Source: Chloroflexota bacterium (GTDB taxonomy: Bacteria > Chloroflexota > Dehalococcoidia > GIF9 > UBA5629). Taken from it: 64,000 nt of DNA. The stretch covers positions 1,533-65,532 of the forward strand of contig VGNY01000001.1 of NCBI GenBank assembly GCA_016865895.1, read 5' to 3'. Below are positions 18,162 to 26,634 of the stretch, in pieces (positions within the stretch are counted from its first letter, which is position 1; each line of letters opens with the position of its first letter). The position numbers were made by a program, and so were the translations under genes. The notes under the pieces are model-generated. The model was not told where the DNA came from. It did no database searches and worked only from the letters and a program-made list of their open reading frames with translations.

Positions 18162-18776
18162 GTGAAGATAGGTTTTTGGAAAGATAAGATAAACACTTGG
18201 AAACCATTTGTCGCTGGTATCATCACTGCCTTTATCTTGACTGCCATTATATTTGCTCTGCCACTGAAGGTCATATCCACCGAAGTTACCGAAACTTATT
18301 ACGTCACCGAGATGAAACAAGAACCTTACACAGCAACTGAACCATATGAAACTGAGGAGGCTTATGAAAAAGCCATGGTCTTCGCCGATGGTTTTTACAA
18401 AGTTGTCCCCAGCGGAATCATAACTCCTTTTTACATCGATAAACCTGATGCCCGGATAATCGGCAAATTCGAAAACCCGATTCCTGGCAGCTTCGTAATC
18501 ATTACCACCCCGAATCGCATCCTCTGGGAGACATACGGCAGTCGAGGCACTGTCGAGTTGCCTCTTTCCCAAGGTCAATACCGGGCTAAATTCCAAGAGA
18601 ATGTGATGTGGGGGGAAGACTGCTACATCTATTTAGCAACGAAATGGACCGAGACACACCAAGTAACAAGGTATAAGGAGACCATCAAATACCAAGAGGT
18701 GCCCATCCAAGTGGAAAAACAAAGGACGATTATAAAACAGGAAAGGATATCAGTCTGGAAACAAATCTTCAAATAA
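18162..18776 (+). CDS. membrane-anchored hypothetical protein
   Basis: GTG start after GGAGAGG. One N-terminal TM segment (FVAGIITAFILTAIIFALPL). No family recognised. Confidence 0.5.
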   Translation: MKIGFWKDKINTWKPFVAGIITAFILTAIIFALPLKVISTEVTETYYVTEMKQEPYTATEPYETEEAYEKAMVFADGFYKVVPSGIITPFYIDKPDARIIGKFENPIPGSFVIITTPNRILWETYGSRGTVELPLSQGQYRAKFQENVMWGEDCYIYLATKWTETHQVTRYKETIKYQEVPIQVEKQRTIIKQERISVWKQIFK

Positions 18777-18829
18777 GGAGATAAAGAGAGTGTTTATCAA
18801 CAATCCATTCCTATACATCTTAACTCACC

Positions 18830-18887
18830 AATGTAGCCTCGACCCCTCAGGGTCGAGTTCCCGAGGCTAGAGCCTCGCCGCTACATT
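18830..18887. repeat. family D palindromic element (aatgtag ... ctacatt with two internal hairpins)
   Basis: Hairpins ctcgaccc ctca gggtcgag and cgaggct agagcctcg are flanked by the inverted termini aatgtag/ctacatt. Same architecture as 32381-32441 and 34196-34256. Confidence 0.65.
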
Positions 18888-18918
18888 AGTAGACAATCTG
18901 TGGAAAGCGAGCATTGAA

Positions 18919-20040
18919 ATGTTAACGGAAGGAATATCCATCGGTAAGGCTTTTGGTATACCTCTCAGGTTGCATTACTCCTGGTTCATCATCTTTGTAC
19001 TCGTAGTCTGGTCACTGGCTGCTGGTTACTTTCCCACCGCCTATCCACACTGGAACTTGACCACCTCGATAATTGCTGGTGTAATAACCAGCCTGCTGTT
19101 CTTCGGCTCTGTACTGGCACATGAGCTGATGCATAGCATAATAGCTAAACGAGCAGGCATTCCTATTCACGCCATAACCCTTTTCATCTTTGGCGGTGTA
19201 TCTCAGATGACCGAAGAGCCCAGACAGCCCCAGGTTGAGTTCCGAATGGCCATCGCTGGCCCGCTGACCAGCCTAGCATTGGGCGGGATATTCCTAGCAA
19301 TCTGGTTCTGGCTAGAAGGCATACCTGAATTTCTCAAAGCGATATCCTTCTGGCTCGGATTAATCAACATTGTTCTAGCTGGCTTTAACCTTATACCCGG
19401 CTTCCCACTGGATGGCGGACGTGTGCTCCGCTCACTGATATGGTGGCGAAGCGGAGACCTACGCAGCGCCACCAAGATAGCCTCTAATATCGGCCGGGGG
19501 ATTGGTTACCTGTTCATCGTCATCGGCATAGCACTTATATTCACCGGCAACTGGTTAAACGGGCTATGGCTTGCTTTCATCGGTTGGTTTTTGGAAAACG
19601 CCGCCGCTTCCAGCTACCGCCAGCTAGCCCTTCAGGACATACTCAAAGGCCATAAGGTGAGTGAGTTGATGACACGAGATTGTCCGGTATTGCCACCAGA
19701 GCTCACCATCCAGCAATTGGTAAACGAACAAATATTGACTTCCGGCCGCCGCTGTTTTCCGGTGGTACAACATACCCATGTCCTCGGCATCATTACCATA
19801 CATGATATCAAGGCAGTGCCTCGCGAACAATGGTCCACCAAGACCATTGGGGAAGCTATGACTCCTTTCGCCAACATGAAATCAGTGGGGCCTGACGATG
19901 ACCTTACCACAGTCCTACAGATATTGACTAAACAGAACGTCAACCAACTTCCGGTGGTCAAAGATGGTAACATCATCGGCATGATCGCCCGTGACAGCTT
20001 GCTATCCTTCATCCACGTCCGCAGCGAATTAGGAACGTAA
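18919..20040 (+). CDS. site-2 protease family (M50) zinc metalloprotease with C-terminal CBS pair
   Basis: HELMHS (HExxH). NLIPGFPLDGGRV motif. Multiple TM segments. Two CBS-like repeats at the C-terminus. Confidence 0.85.
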   Translation: MLTEGISIGKAFGIPLRLHYSWFIIFVLVVWSLAAGYFPTAYPHWNLTTSIIAGVITSLLFFGSVLAHELMHSIIAKRAGIPIHAITLFIFGGVSQMTEEPRQPQVEFRMAIAGPLTSLALGGIFLAIWFWLEGIPEFLKAISFWLGLINIVLAGFNLIPGFPLDGGRVLRSLIWWRSGDLRSATKIASNIGRGIGYLFIVIGIALIFTGNWLNGLWLAFIGWFLENAAASSYRQLALQDILKGHKVSELMTRDCPVLPPELTIQQLVNEQILTSGRRCFPVVQHTHVLGIITIHDIKAVPREQWSTKTIGEAMTPFANMKSVGPDDDLTTVLQILTKQNVNQLPVVKDGNIIGMIARDSLLSFIHVRSELGT

Positions 20041-20056
20041 CTTATGATGGTGCGCG

Positions 20057-22597
20057 ATGGATAAATTACTGCCTTTTCTATGCCGTTACCTCCCCAAATG
20101 GCTTGAGCCGCTTGCCGACTTGGCTCTAGACCTGCGCTGGACCTGGAATCACGGCAGCGACCAGCTCTGGAAAGCTATTGACCCGCAGGCATGGGAATCA
20201 ACACAAAACCCTTGGTGGATACTGCAAAGTATATCCGAAGAACGCCTAGAAAAATTAGGTGAAGACAAGCAGTTTAAAGAAGAGCTTCAGCGGCTGGCGA
20301 AAATACGCCAGAGTTACCTGCGCAGCCGCGGCTGGTTCGCAGAAGAATATTCTGAAAAAGACCTCGGTACCATAGCCTACTTCAGCATGGAATTTGGCCT
20401 GGGTGAGGCACTGCCGCTATATGCCGGTGGACTGGGTACGTTGGCCGGTGACTACTTGAAGACCGCCAGCGACCTGAACGTGCCCATGGTCGGCATCGGC
20501 CTCCTCTACCAGGAAGGCTACTTCCGCCAGATTATAGGTGCCGATGGCTGGCAAATAGAAGCTTATCCGCATAACGACCCAACCAACTTTCCTATACGCC
20601 CGGTGATGAATACCGCAGGAGGATGGCTCAGAGTTCCATTGGAACTTCCCGGCCGCACACTGTTACTACGCGTATGGCAGGTACAGGTCGGCCGTGTGGA
20701 ACTCTATTTACTGGATAGCAATGACCCGATGAACAACCCAGCAGACCGGAGTATTATTTATAAATTATATGACGACAGGCCAGAGTTTCGGCTAATGCAA
20801 GAAATGGCATTAGGCATAAGCGGATGGCGAGTACTTGAAGCACTGGATATCAGGCCTGAGATATGCCATCTCAACGAGGGCCACGCCGCCTTTGCTGTAC
20901 TGGAACGCGCTCGAAGCTTTATGCAAAAGACGGGTAAACCGTTCCCTGTCGCCTTGTGGGCAACACGTGCTGGTAATGTATTCACCACTCATACTCCTGT
21001 TACCGCCGGTTTTGACATCTTCGCCCCTAAATTAATCAACCGTTACTTCCGTGGCTATGCCGCATCACTGGGTATTCGGTTAGAGGAACTGTTAGCCCTA
21101 GGTCAACAAAACCCCGGTAACCCAGAGGACCAATTTAACATGGCAATTTTGGCTATGCGTGGTAGCACCGAGATAAATGGAGTGAGCCAGCTCCATGGAG
21201 AAGTTAGCCACCGTATCTTCCAGCCGCTGTATCCACGTTGGCCAGAACGCGAGGTGCCAGTCAGCCACATAACCAACGGTGTCCATATGCCATCATGGGA
21301 TTCGAAATGGGCAGACAAGCTATGGATGGATGCCGCCGGTAAAGGATGCTGGTGTGGCACGCTCAAGCCACTGACTGAAGCAATTCAACACCGCCCCGAC
21401 CGGGAACTATGGAGGCTCCGCAATGCAGGACGGCAAGCGCTGGTGAACTATGTGCACCAGAGATTGGTTCACCAGTTCCAGCAATACGGTGCCGACCCAT
21501 ATACTATAGAACAAGCAAAAAATGTTCTCGACCCCAATCTGCTCACTTTAGGATTTGCCCGGCGCTTTACTGCCTACAAGCGCCCAAATTTGGTGCTTCA
21601 TGACCCTGAGCGATTGACAAATATTCTTCTGCACCCTGAACACCCCATCCAGATTGTTGCTGCGGGCAAAGCTCACCCACATGATGAAGAGGGTAAACGC
21701 CTGGTTCAGCAATTCGTTAACTTCGCCCGACAGTCAAATGTCAGGTCACGCGTCGTCTTTCTGCCCGATTATGACATAACCACTGCTCAGCAACTGGTGC
21801 AAGGAGTAGATGTTTGGCTCAATACCCCACGACGCCCGTGGGAAGCCTGTGGTACCAGCGGTATGAAAGTGCTGGTGAACGGGGGGCTTAATCTCTCTGA
21901 ACTCGATGGCTGGTGGGTAGAGGCTTACACACCTGAGTTTGGTTGGGCGCTGGGTGACGGCAAGGAACACCCTGCACCTGGCTGGGATGCCATGGAGGCC
22001 GAGCAATTGTATCAACTGTTGGAGCAAGAGATTATCCCAGAGTTCTATGACCGCGATGCTCAAGGCGTTCCAGTAGGCTGGATAAACCGAATTCGTGCCA
22101 GCATGAGCCAGCTTACACCTCGTTTCAGCAGTAACCGTATGCTACGAGAATATGTGGAGAAAGTATACGTGCCAGCCGCCAGCAAGTTCCAAGAGCGCAC
22201 AGCACACGGCGCTCAATTGGCTGAACAGCTACACTCCTGGCAGACAGCGCTGACACAACATTGGTCCGAGGTCCATCTCGGCAACGTGCAGGTTCAAAAA
22301 CAAAGGAACCTATGGAGTTATGAGGCAGCAGTTTACCTTGGCGAACTGAATCCCGATTTTGTCACCGTTCAAATATACGCTGACCCGATAGAAGGATACG
22401 ACACCGTGTGTCAACCGATGACCAGAGGCAATAAACTGCCGGGCACAGTGAACGCTTACCTCTATAAAGGCGCTGTCCCAGCAGCACGGCCGCTTGAGCA
22501 TTTCACACCCCGCATTATACCAGCACACCCGGCAGCACGAATCCCACTGGAAGACAATCACATCCTATGGCACTCGCCCACCAGTGACCGGGAGTAG
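20057..22597 (+). CDS. glgP: alpha-glucan phosphorylase (GT35, DUF3417-containing type)
   Basis: 846 aa. N-terminal LDLRWTWNH (DUF3417). Motifs EGHAAF and TNGVH. PLP-lysine region GTSGMKVLVNG. Confidence 0.85.
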   Translation: MDKLLPFLCRYLPKWLEPLADLALDLRWTWNHGSDQLWKAIDPQAWESTQNPWWILQSISEERLEKLGEDKQFKEELQRLAKIRQSYLRSRGWFAEEYSEKDLGTIAYFSMEFGLGEALPLYAGGLGTLAGDYLKTASDLNVPMVGIGLLYQEGYFRQIIGADGWQIEAYPHNDPTNFPIRPVMNTAGGWLRVPLELPGRTLLLRVWQVQVGRVELYLLDSNDPMNNPADRSIIYKLYDDRPEFRLMQEMALGISGWRVLEALDIRPEICHLNEGHAAFAVLERARSFMQKTGKPFPVALWATRAGNVFTTHTPVTAGFDIFAPKLINRYFRGYAASLGIRLEELLALGQQNPGNPEDQFNMAILAMRGSTEINGVSQLHGEVSHRIFQPLYPRWPEREVPVSHITNGVHMPSWDSKWADKLWMDAAGKGCWCGTLKPLTEAIQHRPDRELWRLRNAGRQALVNYVHQRLVHQFQQYGADPYTIEQAKNVLDPNLLTLGFARRFTAYKRPNLVLHDPERLTNILLHPEHPIQIVAAGKAHPHDEEGKRLVQQFVNFARQSNVRSRVVFLPDYDITTAQQLVQGVDVWLNTPRRPWEACGTSGMKVLVNGGLNLSELDGWWVEAYTPEFGWALGDGKEHPAPGWDAMEAEQLYQLLEQEIIPEFYDRDAQGVPVGWINRIRASMSQLTPRFSSNRMLREYVEKVYVPAASKFQERTAHGAQLAEQLHSWQTALTQHWSEVHLGNVQVQKQRNLWSYEAAVYLGELNPDFVTVQIYADPIEGYDTVCQPMTRGNKLPGTVNAYLYKGAVPAARPLEHFTPRIIPAHPAARIPLEDNHILWHSPTSDRE

Positions 22598-22603
22598 ATA
22601 CCC

Positions 22604-23320
22604 TCAAAAAGTAACACGCCCTTTCTTGATTTCATCACCTATATCAATCCAGAGCTCTGTTGAAATATAAGCTTCAACCTCATCTCTATCCAGCAAATGC
22701 GCGATAAAGCTGCCTAAATTGTCTTTCTTGCCTTCGGCACAGTACTCAGCGAGCAACGAGAAAACTCTCCTGGGAATTATATAAATACCCGTAGCGATAA
22801 GGCTGGATGTAGCTTCCAGTGGCTTCTCATCAAATCTGACCACCTTTCTCTCATCCAATGTGACCAGTCCAATCTGACAAGCCTTGCCAATTTCACACGC
22901 CTTGCTCTTATCACCGACGTCATACACAGCTATCACAACTTTTTCACCACTGAATTGGTTTATTAATTGATTTAAGTCAAGCTCAAAATAGTTATCGCCA
23001 GCTAGAACCATAAGGTCTTCATTTATGTTTTTGCTCTTTATCCAGTAATCCACCGCTCCAATAGCCCCCTTCTTTTGCTCATCAGTTGTAGCCTCTTCAA
23101 CACAAATCTCCACCGCTCTATCTATTGTCTCCTGCCAGACATGAAAATCGCCTTCAAACTTTTTGTTCATAGAGACGAGGATGTCCACATCTTTTGGAAT
23201 TCTATCTACTATATGTGTTATCAGAGGTTTGCCTTTATACTCAAGCAGTGCTTTGGCTTTATTGAGAGTTAAAGGATAAAGCCTGGTAGCAAACCCTCCA
23301 GCCAGTATGAGACACTTCAT
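22604..23320 (-). CDS. sugar-phosphate nucleotidyltransferase (NTP_transferase family)
   Basis: MKCLILAGGFATRLYPLTLNKAKALL is the classic G-x-G-T-R-L motif. Start moved to the ATG at 23320; the ORF-track start at 23359 adds 13 unlikely residues. Confidence 0.8.
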   Translation of the reverse strand: MKCLILAGGFATRLYPLTLNKAKALLEYKGKPLITHIVDRIPKDVDILVSMNKKFEGDFHVWQETIDRAVEICVEEATTDEQKKGAIGAVDYWIKSKNINEDLMVLAGDNYFELDLNQLINQFSGEKVVIAVYDVGDKSKACEIGKACQIGLVTLDERKVVRFDEKPLEATSSLIATGIYIIPRRVFSLLAEYCAEGKKDNLGSFIAHLLDRDEVEAYISTELWIDIGDEIKKGRVTF

Positions 23321-23611
23321 ATGCCACCTCACTAACTTGTATCTTATCAATATGTTCACTCCCTAATCAAAAAATAACGTGAGGACGAGTCTTCAAACTC
23401 GTCCGAAACGGATAGACCTGCCTGCCCCGAGTCGGCCACCTCCCGACCGAGGCAGTGGGAAAATCTATCCCTATACCTGTGAGATGAAATAAATGGGTCA
23501 ATGACTTACTAACAGGTCTCAAGCCTATTGACGCAGAACGCTTTAAGTCATAACATATAGCTGCAATAACAGGGATGCGCTGCACTGCAGCACTTCTGAT
23601 GGAGGGTAAAA

Positions 23612-24598
23612 ATGAAATGTCCACAATGCCAGGCCGACAATATCGATACTGCAGAATTCTGTGGCAATTGCGGGGCAAAATTGGATAAGGCCTGTCCCCA
23701 GTGCGGTACAAGTAATCCTGCTCAATATGCCTTCTGCGGCGAGTGTGGTTATGACCTACGTTCTGTTCCAATCCCTGCACCCAGTGCTGCAGAACCAACA
23801 CCTGAAGTCCCAGAACCAGCACCAACAGTAGCCGCAGAGCCTATACTTGAGACTCCAGAACCAGCGCCGATGGTAACAGGGCAAATTAAGGTGCACCGGA
23901 GGATACCAACCGGCATCGAAGGACTTGACCAGCTTATCGGAGGAGGCTTCATAGCCAACAAAGTCTACCTGATAAGCGGCGAATCCGGCACTGGCAAGAC
24001 CGTCTTCGGACTGCAATACCTTTACTACGGGCTTATCGTAGGCGAAAATGGCATCTACGTCTCCGGTGATGAAAAGCCGAGCCATCTCATTGTGGACGCT
24101 GAGTCATTGGGTTGGGACTTCAGCAAATATGCGCATGAGCAGAAACTAGGACTGCTCGATGTGTCACCACACTTTACTGAGCTGCGTTCTGGTAAAACAA
24201 AGTATGTTGATGTCCGCACCGTAGTCGCTGACCTGGCAAAACACGCCAAGACTATAGATGCCAAACGGATTGTTATTGACCCGATAGGGCCACTTGTCTT
24301 TGGACAGGAATGCGCAGCTTGTGTGCAGGAGTACATCAGGAATCTTATATTTGCCATCGAAGATAACCTGCAATGCACAGTTTTGATTACCTCTGGCATA
24401 CCGTCCGGGACTTCAGCTTTATCTCGCTATGGTGTTGCGGAGTTCGTTGCCGAAGGTGTAATCGTGCTAGGTATGAGCAAGAGCGACAGTGAATGTACTC
24501 GCACGCTCTTCATACGGAAGATGCGCAGCACCCCCACAGACCTCTGTGAGCATGTCTTCGATATCCTCCCTCACAGGGGCATAGTAATCAAGGAATAA
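23612..24598 (+). CDS. KaiC/RecA-like ATPase with N-terminal double zinc ribbon and Pro/Glu-rich repeat linker
   Basis: Four CxxC pairs (CPQC, CGNC, CPQC, CGEC). Linker PTPEVPEPAPTVAAEPILETPEPAP. Walker A GESGTGKT within a KaiC-like domain (IEGLDQLIGGGF). Confidence 0.75.
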   Translation: MKCPQCQADNIDTAEFCGNCGAKLDKACPQCGTSNPAQYAFCGECGYDLRSVPIPAPSAAEPTPEVPEPAPTVAAEPILETPEPAPMVTGQIKVHRRIPTGIEGLDQLIGGGFIANKVYLISGESGTGKTVFGLQYLYYGLIVGENGIYVSGDEKPSHLIVDAESLGWDFSKYAHEQKLGLLDVSPHFTELRSGKTKYVDVRTVVADLAKHAKTIDAKRIVIDPIGPLVFGQECAACVQEYIRNLIFAIEDNLQCTVLITSGIPSGTSALSRYGVAEFVAEGVIVLGMSKSDSECTRTLFIRKMRSTPTDLCEHVFDILPHRGIVIKE

Positions 24599-24764
24599 GA
24601 ACATCAGACCGGTGCCTATTAATACTAAGGTTAACTCAAAAGTTAAAATTTAAAATGGCAGATAAAAACGCAAAAGTCATTTTTGATTTTTGACTTGTCA
24701 TTTTACTTTTTGCGCAGAGGCGGACAGAATACGCCCTTTCTTCAACAGGAGAGGGCATGGTGAT

Positions 24765-26378
24765 ATGAAAAGGGATATTCTGATTGACGCTACCGCCAGG
24801 GTCAAAGAGCCTTTCGAGACCAAGCCACAAAAACGTGGCCTGTCTATCCTCTTTATCCTAGCACTACTGGCTATACTAGCCCTATCTATGTACTTGGTAT
24901 TCCGCGGAATGGCTTTCCTGGAGCCGGGCTATTCCTGGCTCGACCGTATATTTGCCACACTGCTTCTTGTCGCTGAGCTATATATCTTCGTCCATGCCAT
25001 AGGCTACTTCTTATCCACCATGAAGGCTACAAGAGGATATACAATCACCAAAGAACGTGTATTCACTCCTGTCGTGATGTCTCCCGTAGCTGTGCTCATC
25101 ACCACTTTCAACGAGGACCCGGGCATCCTCGAAGAGACCATCATCTCAGCAGTAACCATGGACTATCCGCAAAAGAAGGTCTACATCGTCGATGACTCCA
25201 CCAATGAGGACTTGCGCAAAGGGATTCAAGACCTGTCACAGAAATATAACTGTGCTTACGTCCACCGAGATAACCGACGAGGCTACAAAGCCGGCGCCAT
25301 CAACGATTTGCTGAAGACTCTCTCGGGAAAATATGTAGCCGTCTTTGATGCTGACCAAAAGCCCGTCCGCGATTTCTTGACCCGCACCATACCATTCCTG
25401 GAGGAGGACCCTGAACTGGCATTCATACAGACACCTCAGTTCTATAACAACACAGAAAATAGTCCGGTTGCCTTCGGCGCTGGCCATCAACAGGCTGTCT
25501 TTTATGAATACATCTGCGAAGGCAAGAATGTCAGCGATGCCATGTTTTCCTGCGGTAGCAACGTTGTTTACCGAGCTGATGCCCTGCATAGCATAGGTGG
25601 TTTCGATGAGAAATATGTAACTGAAGACTTCGCTACCGCTCTAAAACTGCACCTGAAGCACTGGAAATCTCTATACTACAACTATGTATATGTGTATGGG
25701 TTGGGGCCAGAAAACCTCTCCGGTTATTTCACCCAGCAGATGCGATGGGCACTGGGTACATTAGGGGTATTCAAGAGTGTCATATTTGAGTTCTTCAAAA
25801 AGCCGTGGGCACTTAAGCTAGGCCAATGGTGGGAGTACTTTCTTTCTGGCTCTTATTATCTGGTGGGCTGGGTTAACTTCATTTTCATCCTCTGTCCTGC
25901 AGCCTTCCTTCTGGCAAATGTAAGGCCGCTCATCGCCGACCCGCTATTCTATGCAGCAGCCTTTCTGCCCTACTTCATCTTCTCCATGGGCACCTTCTAT
26001 TTGAGCATGGGGCGGCGGGGATATAACGCCAGAGCCCTCTTTGCCGGCCAATCTCTTGGCTTCATTAGCATCTGGGTGCTGATGAACGCAGCAGTAATGG
26101 CTCTTTTCAACATCAAGCGTCCTTTCGGCGTCACTCCAAAGGGAGAAGCCGGAAGGCTCAGCATTAAATACATAATGCCTCAACTTATACTGATGATACT
26201 GAGCCTGACCGCAGTGGTAGTTGGCATATATAAGCTAACATCCAGTTTAGACTGGGCAGTGGTGGTCAATGTATCATGGGTAACTTATCACGCAGTGATG
26301 TTGGGGATGGTCTTCTACTTCAACCGCTCCTTTGAACCATATCATACAGAAACGATCTTTATAGAACCGACTGTTTAA
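24765..26378 (+). CDS. processive family-2 glycosyltransferase (cellulose-synthase-like)
   Basis: Motifs DDSTNED, FDADQ, VTEDFA and QQMRW (D, DxD, TED, QxxRW), plus flanking TM segments. The ATG at 24765 is preceded by GGAGAGGG. The ORF-track start at 24690 is probably too long. Confidence 0.8.
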   Translation: MKRDILIDATARVKEPFETKPQKRGLSILFILALLAILALSMYLVFRGMAFLEPGYSWLDRIFATLLLVAELYIFVHAIGYFLSTMKATRGYTITKERVFTPVVMSPVAVLITTFNEDPGILEETIISAVTMDYPQKKVYIVDDSTNEDLRKGIQDLSQKYNCAYVHRDNRRGYKAGAINDLLKTLSGKYVAVFDADQKPVRDFLTRTIPFLEEDPELAFIQTPQFYNNTENSPVAFGAGHQQAVFYEYICEGKNVSDAMFSCGSNVVYRADALHSIGGFDEKYVTEDFATALKLHLKHWKSLYYNYVYVYGLGPENLSGYFTQQMRWALGTLGVFKSVIFEFFKKPWALKLGQWWEYFLSGSYYLVGWVNFIFILCPAAFLLANVRPLIADPLFYAAAFLPYFIFSMGTFYLSMGRRGYNARALFAGQSLGFISIWVLMNAAVMALFNIKRPFGVTPKGEAGRLSIKYIMPQLILMILSLTAVVVGIYKLTSSLDWAVVVNVSWVTYHAVMLGMVFYFNRSFEPYHTETIFIEPTV

Positions 26379-26430
26379 GCACTGTGACCGAGAACACCCG
26401 AGAGAATACCACCTCATTTTACACAAATCT

Positions 26431-26496
26431 CAATTTCCAATTCCCAATTCCCAAACACCAAACAAATTCAAAGCACCAAATACTAATAACCAAAAC
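26431..26496. repeat. CCAA/CAAA-rich low-complexity repeat
   Basis: The sequence is caatttccaattcccaattcccaaacaccaaacaaattcaaagcaccaaatactaataaccaaaac. It generates spurious ORFs on both strands. Confidence 0.6.
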
Positions 26497-26523
26497 TACG
26501 AGTCTAATTCCCATCACTCTGGT

Positions 26524-26551
26524 TCTCTCCCACCTGGAGAGAGTATTTTTT
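26524..26551 (+). terminator. possible rho-independent terminator (tctctcc-cacct-ggagaga followed by T6)
   Basis: 7-bp stem, 5-nt loop, and TTTTTT at 26546-26551. Lies ~145 nt downstream of the GT2 stop. Confidence 0.4.
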
Positions 26552-26559
26552 GCTTTTCT

Positions 26560-26619
26560 CCTCTCCCTTGACGGGAGAGGCCTGTCCTGAGCGAAGCGAA
26601 GGAACAAGGTGAGGGTGAA
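26560..26619. repeat. family C element (cctctccc..gggagagg hairpin + caaggtgagggtgaa) carrying a family A half-site
   Basis: Same two blocks as 17884-17920. Here they are separated by cctgtcctgagcgaagcgaagga, the family A left arm. Confidence 0.6.
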
Positions 26620-26634
26620 ACTTCAGATATTGCC

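Noticed and set aside
17819-18596. Minus-strand ORFs 17819-18055, 17875-18207 and 18141-18596
   Set aside because: The first two lie entirely in the repeat-dense gap. The third is antisense to the better-supported plus-strand gene 18162-18776, which has an SD, a TM anchor and normal composition.
23367-23825. 152-aa minus-strand ORF
   Set aside because: It spans the structured intergenic region and runs antisense into the KaiC-like gene's zinc-ribbon region. It has no start context.
26384-26607. ORFs 26384-26590 (+) and 26419-26607 (-)
   Set aside because: Both are encoded by the CCAA-rich low-complexity repeat and the family C element (peptides like GIGNWKLRF). They are typical repeat artefacts.
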